NCBI RefSeq assembly: GCF_009914755.1
Contig: NC_060930.1
From: the human T2T-CHM13v2.0 reference genome, Homo sapiens
Reading direction: 5' to 3' (one strand)
Length of the DNA: 64,000 nt
Part shown: one piece after another, positions 1 to 14,287 of the stretch
How positions within the stretch are numbered: the first letter of the stretch is position 1
How the letters are laid out: every line of letters starts with the position of its first letter
Position numbers and translations under genes: made by a program
The notes under the pieces: generated by a model
Database searches by the model: none
What the model was told of the DNA's origin: nothing
What the model saw: only the letters and a program-made list of their open reading frames with translations

Positions 1-377
1 TAACTCTTTGAATAATCTAAAGTTGACATATTAGAGAATTAGGCCTGTAATTCTCAGCTGTAAAAAACAGATCTACAAAGGTAACGAGTGGCAAAAAAGA
101 AAAAAACAAAACCCTAAATAAAGTTCTGAAAAATGCTTCTGCTTCTTCCCACACATATGAAAAACATTAACAGCATGTAAAAAGGAGTTCTCTTCTGAGA
201 TTTTACCCAAAAATCCTATATGTGTCTCACTAAGGCTCCTGACTATTAAATGCCACCAGTTACCCTTGGTGGCAAAGCAAAATACAAATTAATAGTTAAT
301 TGCGTGTTAAAAGAACAGCAAATTCTTTGAAGTTGTTCTTGAAGAAGCATGGGCTATCTAAAGGTTGTTTAAAGGAT

Positions 378-480
378 GAAGAGGAGGAGGAGGAAGAAGA
401 AGAGGGGGAGGAGGGACAAGGAAGAGGAAGATGAAGAAAGGAGGCAGAGAAAAGGGAGGAAGAGGGGAGGAGGAGGAGGA
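378..480 (+). repeat. GA-rich low-complexity (GAG/GAA) tract
   Basis: Near-pure purine run gaagaggaggaggaggaagaagaag... Confidence 0.85.
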
Positions 481-1369
481 ACGGCAATGCAGGGAAAAGC
501 TTCTTACTGAAAATCAAGAAGCCAACTCAAGTTTAAAATTGAGTCTCAGGCACACTGTTTCTCAAACAGAAACACCCATTCTGACCTGTTCTAAATCACA
601 TGGCATCTCTGGCTGGGAACACAGGCCAAAATAGCCAAACCCAAGAAAGGCTGAAGATCAAACACAAGCCAACTGCACTCAGGAGAAATTCTCTAGTATC
701 TGCCTACAGAATACAGTTAGCTCGGGTATACTACACTAAAAATTGCTTTCAAAGAACACAGTTCAAAGATTGTTTCTTTTTTGCTGTCCATTCATAATAA
801 AATGTTTGCAGAGATTTGACATCCTTTGGTATAATTATATAATTTGTAATGTACATGTCCATTCAATTTTATAAAGTAAATCTTAATCAAAGCTATATAT
901 ATTTTCTGTGTAGAGCCTAGACGTTCAAAATAGTGAGAAACATGTCACAACAGTGAGAAACATGATACACAAGCAATATCTTAGTAAACATAACCCCGAT
1001 TTTTTTTTTTGTATTTGAGGTCAACATAAGTAGTTTGCTCTTTCTGGAAAGTGTAAGTCAGTTGCCAAATGAAAATGGTATTCTTCAGCCTGTGCCAGAA
1101 GTAAGTTTCTTAGTCTTCTTGCCTAGTCTTGGACAAGACCATTAACATTACTCAACAGCAACTAAAATCTTCACATCAACTTAAATATCTCTATCCTTGC
1201 CAACACTTTATGTCTAGAGTTGACTCTATAAATAATGTTGGGTGATTAGTAAGATTAAAATCGGACCTTCAGCTATCCAATGTCAATGTTGCTATTCTTG
1301 GTTTGCATTTTAAAAAGCTGATGGGTTTGTTTACTTTATTCAAGTATAAAATCAAATGAAAAACCTCAC

Positions 1370-1598
1370 CTTGTGATGTCCAAATTCATTCAAAATGCTT
1401 CCCAGTTTTCTGGTGTTGCTATGTGGTTTTTGGGCAGCAACAGCTGGATGGGGATCCCGCCAGTCAATGGACAAGCGGTGATACCAAAGGTGCTGACTCT
1501 CCAGAATGTGAGCTGACTTGACACTAGGATCAAAACGATGCACTTCACATCCGTTGTTGGCCATGCTAACCTCAAAATGGGTATCATCACTTCCTAGC
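1370..1598 (-). CDS. METTL24: METTL24 coding exon 4 ([30 protein letters not shown]...LNEFGHHK), methyltransferase core
   Basis: Acceptor cctttctttatag|G; donor AAG|gtgagg; 229 nt (1 nt plus 76 codons). Completes the Gly-rich SAM-binding-like motif YSLGLGSDD and contains the VHRFDP motif. Confidence 0.95.
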
Positions 1599-2541
1599 CT
1601 ATAAAGAAAGAGGACGGAAATCAACAACAAAAAATGCAATGAAGCAAAGTGTTGGACTAACAAGATGACAGTTCCAAGGCCAAGGTTCTTAGTTATATCA
1701 AGCCTTCTCCTGTTTTAACCCATGGCTAATGTACACATTCAATAAACTTTCTTTCACAAAAAAGCATTATTGCTCAAAGCTTCTGGATAAAAGATAAATT
1801 ATCTGCTAGACAAAGACCAGAGAATCACATACTCAAACATGTAGGCGCATCATCAAATTGTTTTTTTTTTAAGTGATGTAAATCACAGTAGCAATGAAAC
1901 AAAGAAGACTATCCAGTAGTCTTAGATTTTCTTAGAATATGTCCACAAATATAAGCCCCAGGATTAGTTCTCTTGAGGAGAGATGTGTTCTACTAATGAG
2001 GTAATTTGTCTCCATTCTAATGGCCACAGTGTTGTGTATGCAATTTGACTTAAAGACAACAGCTGTTTTCTTAGAAATGTAATATATTTTTAAATAGTGC
2101 AAATAAGAAAAAAGGCAAATGTATGTGATTCTACTGCATCCAAAACTCAAGAAGCAGACGGTTTCCTCACCTAAATTCACATCAAAAGGGGAAGAAATTA
2201 TGAATTAATTGTACTTAAGTACTCAATAGGTAGCACACCATACGGAAAATAATAAACTTCCAAATATTGAATTGACTCAGAAATATTCCCTATTTAATGG
2301 TGCAAGGATCGTCACTTTGATTAAAACACCAGTTTTAATGAAAAGCATGAAATTAACTGAGAATGATTTTTTTAATGGTGATTATGGCTTTTCTGCCCCA
2401 ATACTGTACTCATATGTGATTTAGGATACCAAAATCCCACAGAGTAGCTACACTACTTGGCCGAACCTAAACCCAGTGCAGAAATACTTCATTCTCATAG
2501 ATTCTACAAGTATTTTGTAAGTGGATGTTTTTCAATAAATA

Positions 2542-2763
2542 CAGTGAGCCCTCCATAGCTGTGGGTTCCACGTCCACAAATTCAACCAACATGGATCAGA
2601 AATACAGCATTGATAGGATGCAGGAGCCTACTGATATGAAGGGCGAATGTTTTGTATCTGTGAGTTCCACACCCAGACTTGATAGTTCGTGGATTTTGGT
2701 ATCCGTTGGTGGGGAGAGGGTGGCCTAGAACCAACCGCCAACCCCATACGGAGGGATGACTGA
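2542..2763 (-). mobile_element. MER2-related TcMar-Tigger non-autonomous DNA transposon
   Basis: Ends (cagtgagccctccat... / ...atacggagggatgactg) and the internal ttcaaccaac and ggattttggtatcc motifs resemble MER2. Confidence 0.6.
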
Positions 2764-2836
2764 CTATTGCATAATCTGGAAATACACAAGTTCAGTGGAT
2801 AATAATTATTTACCTTATTTTAATTAACTAAAATAA

Positions 2837-3178
<342 letters not shown>

Positions 3179-3183
3179 TAATA

Positions 3184-3507
3184 CAGGCAGCCCTCTGTAT
3201 CCACAGATCTGATCCACAAATTCAACCAACCGCAGATTGAAAATATTCGAAAAAACAAAAATAAAAAAATAATACAACATTAAAAATAGTAAAAATAAAA
3301 ATCAATACAGTATAATCACTATTACATGGCATTTACATCGTATTAGGTATTATAAGTAATCTAGAAATGATTTAAATTATGCAGGAGGATGTGCATTGGT
3401 TATATACAGATACTACACCATTTTATATCCAGGACTTGAGCATCCTAAATTTTGGTCTTTGCAGTGGTCCTGCAACCAACCTCCACAGGTGCTGAGGGGT
3501 GATTATA
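3184..3507 (-). mobile_element. MER2 (TcMar-Tigger)
   Basis: Contains ggtattataagtaatctagaaatgatttaaa...ggacttgagcatcc, typical of reverse MER2. Confidence 0.8.
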
Positions 3508-3766
3508 GTCTTATTTGCCTCTTCCTCACCCTTCACCCAACTACACTGCTCTTTTTCCGACTGCATCCCATGGTAAGTCAGCCCTCTGATGTCCCTCCGC
3601 CATAGCTTTTCCAACACTTTTTGCCTGGAGAAAATTCAGCACTCCTCTCACAAGCACTTCCATTTCTTCCACCTAACAGTTCCTATTCCCTATTTTCTAC
3701 CACCTACTGAATCCACACAGCTCAGACCACTGAAGTCTCTACCCCAGTTTTCCATGATCTAATCTG

Positions 3767-4220
3767 GTGTGGCAGATTGACTTGTCGACTCTGCTCCTTC
3801 AACCCTGCACCATCCACACTACTCCATGCTCATGATGAGAAAGAGTCCTTCCCTGCCCCTTGACTTTTTGGCTTGGCCATGTGCCTTGCTTTATGGAAGG
3901 AAGTGGGAGTGTGCCAGTCCAGATCCTAGGCCTTCAGTGCTTCTGTTCTCTCTCTTACACTGTCATCATGATAAAAACGTGCCCTCGAGAATTTGCACTC
4001 CAGCCAGTCCACCGGCCCTCTGTAAAATACAGAACCTCCCTTAGCCATCTCAGCCTGAAGTAAAGAAAGCCTCACAGCTAAGCCCATCCTGGATCAACTG
4101 AAGCCCAGCTGACCTGCAGACATACAAGCAACAGTAAAGACATACAAGCAACAGTAAATAACGGTGATTGTTAAGCCACTGAGTTTTAGAGTGATTACAC
4201 AACCAATAGCTAACTGATAT
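3767..4220 (+). mobile_element. MLT1-family MaLR solo LTR
   Basis: MLT1-type 3' end (ttaagccactgagtttt...aatagctaactgata). Contains a 20-bp tandem duplication agacatacaagcaacagtaa. Confidence 0.65.
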
Positions 4221-4441
4221 ACCTGGCATTAAATATAAATTCAAGAGTTGCAGTTGAAACTACAAAGCATTTTTTTAGTAGATAGATTTGCTTTTATATA
4301 GATCAGAATATTGTAGAACTCACCTATCCAAAAGGAATTTTCACTTAATTAAATTTGTCAAAACTTAGATGAACAAAGCAGTGTTATTTTAGGTCACCAG
4401 CAGAAAAGGGCAATTTTATATTTTCATTAAGAGAACGTTAT

Positions 4442-4733
<292 letters not shown>

Positions 4734-4856
4734 AGAGAACATTATGTCAAAAAAAGTACTCATTACATATAATTTGTATATAAATCTAGAGTGAAATATG
4801 TGAATAATTTCTTCCTCTGAATTGTCAGAATGTTGTTTTCAAGGAACAATATTGAG

Positions 4857-5150
4857 GTATATATACACATATACACACACATATGTGTATATATACACAT
4901 ATACACACATATGTGTATATATACACATATACACACATATGTGTATATATACACATATACACACACATATGTGTATATATACACATATACACACACATAT
5001 GTGTATATATACACATATACACACACATATGTGTATATATACACATATACACACACATATGTGTATATATATACACATATACACACACATATGTGTATAT
5101 ATATACACATATACACACACATACACGTGTGTATATATATACACATATAT
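4857..5150. repeat. TA/CA minisatellite, 28-32 bp palindromic unit, about 10 copies
   Basis: Units atatgtgtatatatacacatat+acacac(ac) start at 4881, 4909, 4937, 4967, 4997, 5027, 5057 and 5089, with partial units at each end. Confidence 0.95.
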
Positions 5151-5312
5151 GCCTCAAAAAAGGTAATTAAATTAGCCACATACAATTCTGTAACTGTTTA
5201 AGACACTTTATTATATATTCATATGTTTTCTATTTAAACTAGTTGCTTATAATTAAACAAATACACATAGAAATACTCAAGTTGTAAGAAGTATGTAAAT
5301 TGAAAAGAGTTT

Positions 5313-8300
5313 CTGGCAAGATATGGCTGAATAGAAAGAGCTCTGGTCTACAGCTCCCAGCAAGACCAATGCAGAAGGTGGGCAATTTCTGCATGTCCAA
5401 CTGAGGTACCCGGCTCATCTCATTGGGACTGGTTAGACAGTGGGTGCATCCCACAGAGGGCGAGCAGAAGTAGGGTGGGGCGTCGCTTCACCCAGGAAGC
5501 ACAGGGGGTCGGGAAATCCCTCCCCTAGTCAAGGGAAGCCATGAGGGACCCTGCCATGAGGGATGGTGCATTCCAGCCCGGATACTACGCTTTTCCCATG
5601 GTCTTCATAACCCACAGACCAGGAGATTCCCTCGGGTGCCTACACCACCAGAGCCCTGGGTTTCAAGCACAAAATTGGGCAGCCATTTGGGCAGACACTG
5701 AGCTAGCTGCAGGAGTTTTTTTTTTCATACCCCAGTGGTGCCTGGAATGCCAGCAAGAGAGAACCATTCACTCCCCTGGAAAAGGGGCTGAAGCCAGGGA
5801 GACAAGTGGTCTTGCTCAGCAGATCCCACCCCCAAGGAGCCCAGCAAGCTAAGATCCACTGGCTTGAAATTCTCGCTGCTAGCACAGCAGTCTGAAGTTG
5901 ACCTGGGATGCTCAAGCTTGGTGTGGGGAGGGGCGTCTGCCATTACTGAGGCTTAAGTAGGCGGTTTTCCCCTCACAGTGTAAACAAAGCCTCTGGGAAG
6001 TTTGGACTGGGCAGAGCCCACCACGGCGCCTCAAAGCTGCTGTAGCCAGACTGCCTCTCTAGATTCCTCCTCTCTGGGCAGGGCATCCCTGAAAGAAATG
6101 CAGCAACCCCACTCAGGGGCTTATAGACAAAACTTCCATCTCCCTGGGTCAGAGCACCTGGGGGAAGGGGCGGCTGCGGGTGCAGCTTCAGCAGACTTAA
6201 ACATTCCTGCCTACTGGCTCCGAAGACAGCAGTGGATCTCCCAGTACAACACTCGAGCTCTGCTAAGGTACAGACTGCCTCTGCAAGTGGGTACCTGACC
6301 CCCATGCCTCCTGACGGGGAGACACCTCCCAGCAGGGGTCGACAGACACCTCATACAGGAGAGCTCCAGCTGGCATCTGGCAGGTGCCCCTCTGGGACAA
6401 ATCTTCTAGAGGAAGGAGCAGGCAGCAATCTTTGCTGTTCTGCAACCTTTTCTGGTGATACCCAGGCAAACAGGGTCTGGAGTAGACCCCCAGCAAACTC
6501 CAGTAGACCTGCAGAAGAGGGGCCTGACTGTTAGAAAAAAAACTAACAAACAGAAAGCAATAGAATCAACATCAACAAAAAGGAAGACCGGGCAAAAACT
6601 CCATCTGAAGGCCACCAACAGCAAAGACCAAAGGTAGATAAATCCATGAAGATGAGGAAAAACCAGCGCAAAAAGGCTGAAAATTCCAAAAACCAGAACA
6701 CCTCTTCTCCTCCAAAGGATCACCACTCCTCGCCAGAAAGGAAACAAAACTGGATGGAGAATGAATTTGACAAACTGACAGAAGTAGGCTTCAGAAGGTG
6801 GGTAATAACAAACTCCTGTGAGCTAAAGGAGCATGTTCTAACCCAATGCAAGGAAGCTAAGAACCTTGATAAAAGGTTAGAAGAATTGCTAACTAAAATA
6901 ACTAGTTTAGAGAAGAACATGAATAACCTGATGGAACTGAAAAACACAGCACGAGAACTTCATGAACCATACACAAATATCAATAGCTGAATCAATCAAG
7001 TGGAAGAAAGGATATCAGAGATTGAAGATCGACTTAATGAAATAAAGTGTGAAGACAAGATTAGAGAAAAGAGAATGAAAAGGAACGAACAAAGCCTCCA
7101 AGAAATATGGGACTATGTGAAAAGACCAAACCTATAATTGATTGGTGTATCTGAAAGTGACGAGGAGAATGGAAAACACTTCAGGATATTATCCAGGAGA
7201 ACTTCCCCAACATAGCAAGACAGGCTAACATCCAAATTCAGAAAATACAGAGAACACCACAAAGATACTCTTTGAGAAGAGCAACGCCAAGACACATAAT
7301 CATCAGATTCACCAAGGTTGAAACAAAAGAAAAAAATGTTAAAGGAAGCCAGAGAGAAAGGTCAGGTTACCCACAAAGGGAAGCCCATCAGACTAACAGC
7401 AGATCTCTCTCTGCAGAAACCCTACAAGCTAGAAGACAGTGGGGGCCAATACTCAACATTTTTAAAGAAAATAATTTTAACCCAGAATTTCATGTCCAGC
7501 CAAACTAAGCTTCATAAGTGAAGGAGAATAAAATCCTTTACAGGCAAGGAAATACTGAGGTATTTTGTCTCTACCAGGCCTGCCCTACAAGAGCTCCTAA
7601 AGGAAGCATTAATTAAAATTAACTCAAGATGGGTTAAAGATTTAAATATAAGACCTAAAACCATAAAAACCCTAGAAGAAAACCTAGGTAATACCATTCA
7701 GGACATAGGCATGGGCAAAGCCTTCATGACTAAAACACCAAAAGCAACGGCAACAAAAGCCAAAATTGACAAATAGGATCGAATTAAATTAAAGAGCTTC
7801 TGCACAGCAAAAGAAAGTATCATCAGAGTGAACAGGCAACCTACAGAATGGGAAAAAAAATTTGCAATCTATCCATCTGACAAAGGGCTAATATCCAGAA
7901 TCTACATGGAACTTAAACAAATTTACAAGAAAAAAACAAACAATTCCATCAAATATTGGGCAAAGGATATGAACAGACGCTTTTCAAAAGAAGACATTTA
8001 TGTGGCCAACAAACATGAAAAAAATCTCATCATCACTGGTCATCAGAGAAATGCAAATCAAAACCACAATGAGATGCCATCTCATGCCAGTTAGAATGGT
8101 GATCATTTAAAAGTCAGGAAACAACAGATGCTGGAGAGGATGTGGTGAAATAGGAACGCTTTTACACTGTTGGTGGGAGTGTAAATTAGTTCAACCATTG
8201 TGGAAGACAGTGTGGCAATTCCTCAAGGATCTAGAACTAGAAATACCATTTGACCCAGCAATCCCATTACTGGGTAGATACCCAAAGGATTATAAATCAT

Positions 8301-8804
8301 TCTACTATAAAGGCACATGCACACATATGTTTATTGCAGCACTATTCACAATAGCAAAGACTTGGAACCAACCCAAATGCCCACAATGTTAGACTGGATA
8401 AAGAAAATGTGGCACATATCCAATATGGAATACTATGCAGTCATAAAAAAGGTTGAGTTCATTTTCTTTGCAGGGACATGGATGAAGCTGGAAACCATCA
8501 TCCTCAGCAAACCGAACACCACATGTTCTCACTCATAAGTGGGAGCTGAACAACAAGAACATATGGGCACAGGGAGGGAAACATCACACACCAGGGCCTG
8601 TTGGGGGGTGGGGGGCAAGGGGAGGGATAGCATTAGGAGAAATACCTAATGTAGATGACGGGTTGATGGGTGCAGCAAACCACCATGGCACATGTATACC
8701 TGTGTAGCAGACCTGCATGTTCTGCACATGTGTCCCAGAACTTAAAGTATAATAAAATAAATAAATAAATAAATATTATTTAAATAAAATAAAACTAAAA
8801 AAAA
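5313..8804 (+). mobile_element. L1PA7/8-like LINE-1 with both ends but a large internal deletion
   Basis: 5'UTR, then a disrupted ORF1 from about 6646, an abrupt jump at about 7612 to late ORF2, 3'UTR and A-tail. TSD gaaaa(g/c)agttt at 5302-5312 and 8805-8815. Confidence 0.92.
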
Positions 8805-10829
8805 GAAAACAGTTTTTTACCACTAGAAATTTTAGCCATTAATTTCCAGAGATGATCATGTTTAGCAGTTTTTTATATATCTTTCCAGAAATTTTCTACC
8901 TATATACAAGTGTTTCTCTATTATAAATATCATAAGCACACACATACACATATAAGTTAGTCATTAAATAGTGGGAAACTTTTATATAATGCATTAGATA
9001 ACATAAAACTATTTGTAATTTTTTGGATTAATTTATGTTATACTTTTACTATAATCTTAATATATAAACATGTACCACATTGGAATGTAATAAACTATAT
9101 TCATTTAATTGATATATAAAATTCTTACTTTCATTTATTTGCAATGGTACTTCTTCAAGCATAGTTGAAATTGGTCAAGTTTGTGGTCACGTAAAAAGCA
9201 AGAGGAGAAGTAAATGTAATATGCACAGGTGTTACAAAACATGGCCCAAAGCGGTAAACCAGGAGTCAAATCCAATCCAGGTAGATCCAGAGCACGTGCT
9301 CTCTATATGCCACCTCGTTGCTGATGAGCACAGGACACAGGATCATGGAAGGAATATTTGTGATCTCAGGTCTAGGGAACTGTCAGTTACCAGACAATAA
9401 CGCTCCATGAGGAAAAGGGCTATGTCAATCTTGCTCATTTCTAAGTCCGCAGTGCTGAATAGATGAGTGATGACAGACAGACCTACAAAATGCTGCCCTA
9501 AGTGAAATAAAACTATGAGGCAGGGGCTGGAATTCTCAGAACACACAGTACAATATTCAGTATCCAAATGTTGCCTGTGGTAAGCTATATTTTACTGACT
9601 TATTCATGTTCATAAACAAATATTTATAGAGCATTTTACATGTGCAAGGCACTACACTGGACACCAGGGACAAATGGATAAGTTAAACATGGTCCTTGAT
9701 CTGAAGAGGTTCACAAAGTAGTAATGAAGAAAGATTTTTGAACAAATAATTATAATAAAAAGACAACCATTATTTATAGCAAAAATGTATTTAGTCTATA
9801 AGGAAATCATGTTCTGCTGCTATTTAACTAGAAGGAGAATACATTATAGAAAATTTTGCTTGAAAGAAATATTTTATTTAATGTTTATTTAATGAGGCAA
9901 GAAGTATAGATCATATGGCTTCCATCTCAAGGTCTTAGACAACTAGTCCATTTTTTGCCAATCTGTCTGTATCTTGGCCACGAGGAAAGGTAAAAGGGGA
10001 AGTGATAGTCTCATCCTGTCTTCTTGGGGAAGTTGCACACATCACTTCCATTCATAGCTCACTGCTTAAAGCTATTCATATGGCCATTTACAGCTACATG
10101 GAAGGCTAGGAAATACAGCCATCAGAAAGGTGGCCATGCGCCCTGCTAATCTCAGGAGTTCTGTTACCAAAAAAAGAAAGGGAGAATAAATATTGAGGGA
10201 CAATGAGTAGTTCCTGCTACAACCCATTTCTGAAATAATTAAGCAGTTAACACGTATATTCAAAGCTATATACCTTTGAATTAAGACAGCAACCTCTCCC
10301 TCTCTATGAGGAAGAAACAAAATTATGTAATTCATCCTGACAATATTGTTCTGCATATATTAATGCTGGGGTTAGAAGTAACTGCAAACTTTTCAACATA
10401 GAAGGACCATTAAATCTGAGAGCTGTTGAAGAAATAGGAAGGGGGAGATTTATAGGGCTAAATTTTCAAAGGTAATAGAATAATAGTGGAGCCATCTTGA
10501 TCCTCTTTCTCTGATGTCTTAAAGAAAAACAACCAGGATCCCTGCAGGCAGTTGTGTGGACTGTGCACTGAACAACTCTGGGAGATGTCATTTCCATCAT
10601 AATCACCATAAAAATGATTTTCTAGCAGTAAAAGTTCTTGAGGGAGGGGTGCCCTTTCCCAAATTGTATGAAGGTATTCTTTGGACAAGCTGCAAGTAGT
10701 ACTGCAGTCCCATGCCCTTTAACACTGCTGAAGGGCAGAAGGGGTGGGTTGTGGCACTGTTTCAGGCCCTTGATTATTCTTTTAAAAATATTCCCAAAAG
10801 TATTAAAGTGAGTGGGCTTTGATGTTCTC

Positions 10830-11580
10830 CAGGAACAAAAAACTCACAACATAAGCACATGAAAAGATGCTCAAGATCATTAGTCAGTAGGGAAATGCAA
10901 ATCAAAACCACAGTGAGATACCACTTCACATCCACTAAGATGGCTGTAATCAGAATGATCAATAATAGTAAGTGTAGGCAAGGATATGGAGAAATTGGAA
11001 ACCTCATAGATTACTGGTGGGAATGCAAAATGGTATATAGCTAAGAGAAATGAAAACATAAGTCCACATAAAAACTTGTACAGGAATGTTCATAGCAACA
11101 TTATTCATAAACACCAAAAAGTGGAAACAACCCAAATGTCTATCAACCAATGAATGAATAAATAAAATGTGATGTAACCATACCAAAATTCATACAATGG
11201 AATATTATTCAGCCATAAAAGGAATGAAGTACTGATACATGCTGCAATGTGGCTGAACCTTGAAAATATTATGCTAAGTGAAACAAGCCAGTCACAAAAC
11301 GCCACATATTATATGCTTTTATTTATGTGAAATGTCCAGAATGGGTGAATCTACACAAACAGAAAATAGAATAGTGATTGCCTAAGGATGGCAGACTGGG
11401 GATGGAGAGAAGAGGGTTGGAGGGAAATTGAGAGTGACTGCTACTGGGTACAGAGGCTTCTTTTTTGGGGTAATGAAAATGTTCTAAAATTGACTATAGT
11501 GACTAAAAGAGCCATAGAACTGTATATTTTAAATGGATGAATTGTATGGCATGTGAAATATATCTTAACAAGCATTTTTT
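10830..11580 (+). mobile_element. Old L1M (L1MB-like) 3' fragment
   Basis: ORF2 C-terminal remnant ([23 protein letters not shown]) followed by an L1MB-type 3'UTR. Confidence 0.8.
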
Positions 11581-11913
11581 TAAAAGGTAACAAAACAAAT
11601 AAAATGAACTCAGAGCAAAGACAGGGAAAGTTTTTAACCCTCCCATTGAAGGCAGAGGGTTAGAAGAGGTAACACAATTGGTGTTTTCCCTAGGAGTTTC
11701 AGTCCTCCATTCTTCATCCTAGCAGGAACCACAGAATCTGGCCAAATAACTACCTAGATCTTCAAGCTGCCAACTATTAGAGGGGGAGAAATAGGCTTCC
11801 TAAAGCATAAATGACACACTAGTGGGTAAAAACACTTATAATTGTTATTTTTTACTAAATAAACTTACACGCAATGCCACATTTCATCTAAAACATATCC
11901 TCAACAGGGACGA

Positions 11914-12268
11914 TGTATTAGTTTGTTTTCATGCTGCTGATAAAGACATACCCAAGACTGGGCAATTTATAAAAGAAAGAGGTTTAATTGTATCACAGTT
12001 GCACGTGTCTGGGGAGGCCTCAGAATCATGGCAGAAGGCAAGGAGGAGCAAGTCATGTCTTACATGGATGGCAGCAGGCAAAAAAAGGTTGTGCAGGGAA
12101 ACTCTTGTATTTAAAACCATCAGATCTCTTATTCACTGTCACGAGAACAGCATGGGAAAGACCTGCGCCCATGATTCAATTATCTCAAACCAGGTCCCTC
12201 CCACAACATGTGGGAATTATAGGAACTACAAGATGAGATTTGTGTGGGGACACAGCCAAACCTTATCA
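11914..12268 (-). mobile_element. THE1 solo LTR (MaLR)
   Basis: tgtattagtttgttttcatgctgctgataaagacatacc...cacagccaaaccttatca; 5-bp TSD gacga/gacaa. Confidence 0.9.
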
Positions 12269-12309
12269 GACAATATCACTCCCAAAGGGGTAAAATGTAT
12301 TCTTAGGAG

Positions 12310-12312
12310 CAA

Positions 12313-12343
<31 letters not shown>

Positions 12344-12350
12344 CAAAAAA
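12310..12350 (+). repeat. (CAAAA)n microsatellite
   Basis: Direct reading. Confidence 0.85.
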
Positions 12351-13888
12351 CCCTTTCCTCTTTTTATGTATGAAGCACAGATATGCACGTATTACATAAA
12401 TAGATGTACAGTATTATCTATGGTTTTAAATTTTCATGAAAAGGGTAATTTGGGGAAACATGCCCAAAAAGGAAGCTTGAGGTCCATGGTTTTCACATAC
12501 ACTAGACAAACACTCTTCCTGCTGTGTTAAACTATTATAAGATGAAAATATTTGGCTCTTTCATTCTTCTGGAAATGCTCATGGTAACCAAAGTTCCCAG
12601 ATTTTCGGTATAAAATATGGGCTCTTGCTATCTAACCATGTATCACTTATGAAATCATCTACTATCTTAGACTGAGAATTTATGTCTTGAAACAAAAGGC
12701 ACAACCTACTACAAAACTAAAAAAGAGACAAAAAATATGTACCTATGTATTAGCCCTTTTCAAATCTTTCCTCTCATGCCCACGCCTACCCCTAAAATAC
12801 AATCTTTGGCATAAAAAGGAGAAAAGGTGATTTTCCCCTTTCACTTTATCTACGACTCTCATCCCTCCCCTCCCCTCCACTGCTCCACCATCACCCTTCC
12901 CCACTCCAGACATGAGAAGACTTGCAGGCCAGGCCCTGTCTGAAGTTATTATGTAGATGATATTGTCATCTGAACCCACAGCCTCTCCTTTTTTCTCTTC
13001 TCTATCCCTTTCTCCATAATATGTATCTTTTCAGTGCCTTCCCCTATCTTAATTGGTCTAGTCTACCTCATTTCAAAACTGAAAAGGATCTAATTTTCAT
13101 TTTCAACTGAACATGACACAGAGTGCACACTCACAGACAAATGCCTTTTCCATTAACTGTGGAATAAAAAGCTTTGACTCCTAGTAAATAAACTTCAGCC
13201 ATCAAAGAGAAGATGGAGGTGATATCTGCTTCAGTTCTTAGAGGTGGAGGAAAGGAGATGAGACAGATTAGAAAGTGGGGCCATCAGCCTCTGTCTTCTG
13301 ACTCCCTGTGTCCTTGGAACCCTTCTTTCCCTCCTGCCAGGAATTTACTCCCAGCTGCAGCTGCATCCATTGTCTTCGGTTTGCCTGGGAATTACTGGGT
13401 ATAGCAGTGGCATGGTCTTGTTGCTGCTGTGGCCCTGGGACAAGGAGCACACACTGCCTGTATGGAGGGCCACAGAATTCACTTACTACCTGCCCTCCCC
13501 ACCTAGCTCAAAACTGTTCCAACACTCCCTGGTGCTGGGAACCCGGGGCCACCTTCCCTGTTCTCACTCCTAATTTCAGGACCACCAATTCTGGTCTGGG
13601 TCTCACTCTTCCCTCACTATCAGTTGAGGTGTTGTCAGCCAGCTATCTACTTGTGCCCCAGGCAAGCAATTCACCTGAACAGGGGCATACTTGTCTGGGT
13701 CCTGGAGCCTTAGTAAGTGCAATCAACATAATTACCCACAACCCAAAGCCTCTTTTTCTAGGCGTCAGAAATATCTTCTTTAGTTTCAGTTTTCAATTAA
13801 GTGCTTTCATGTTTTTAGTCAAATATTGGCCCTTGTAATCTATTCATTGCTTTTCCCAGTGGAATTCAGATGCTCTTTACAAAGTTGA

Positions 13889-14240
<352 letters not shown>

Positions 14241-14287
14241 CCAAAGTTAATTTTCAACGGTAAACATTTAAATGAAAATAAGAAACT

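Noticed and set aside
4118-4157. 20-bp tandem duplication (and a similar one at about 932-964)
   Set aside because: Ordinary slippage duplications with no sign of function.
4763-5201. Six overlapping 95-140 aa ORFs (YTHI/VCVY repeats) and a superficial CRISPR-like palindromic array
   Set aside because: Stop-free by-products of the TA/CA minisatellite. There are no unique spacers, no cas genes, and the context is eukaryotic.
6646-8538. L1 ORF1/ORF2 ORFs
   Set aside because: Broken by stops, frameshifts and a large deletion; not retrotransposition-competent.
9289-9302. 14-bp palindrome agagcacgtgctct
   Set aside because: Several palindromes of this size are expected by chance in 64 kb.
11822-12373. 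183-aa ORF
   Set aside because: Mostly antisense THE1 LTR plus the CAAAA repeat; non-ATG start.
13308-13838. 176-aa ORF
   Set aside because: Non-ATG start, no domain, antisense to the gene, no splice support.
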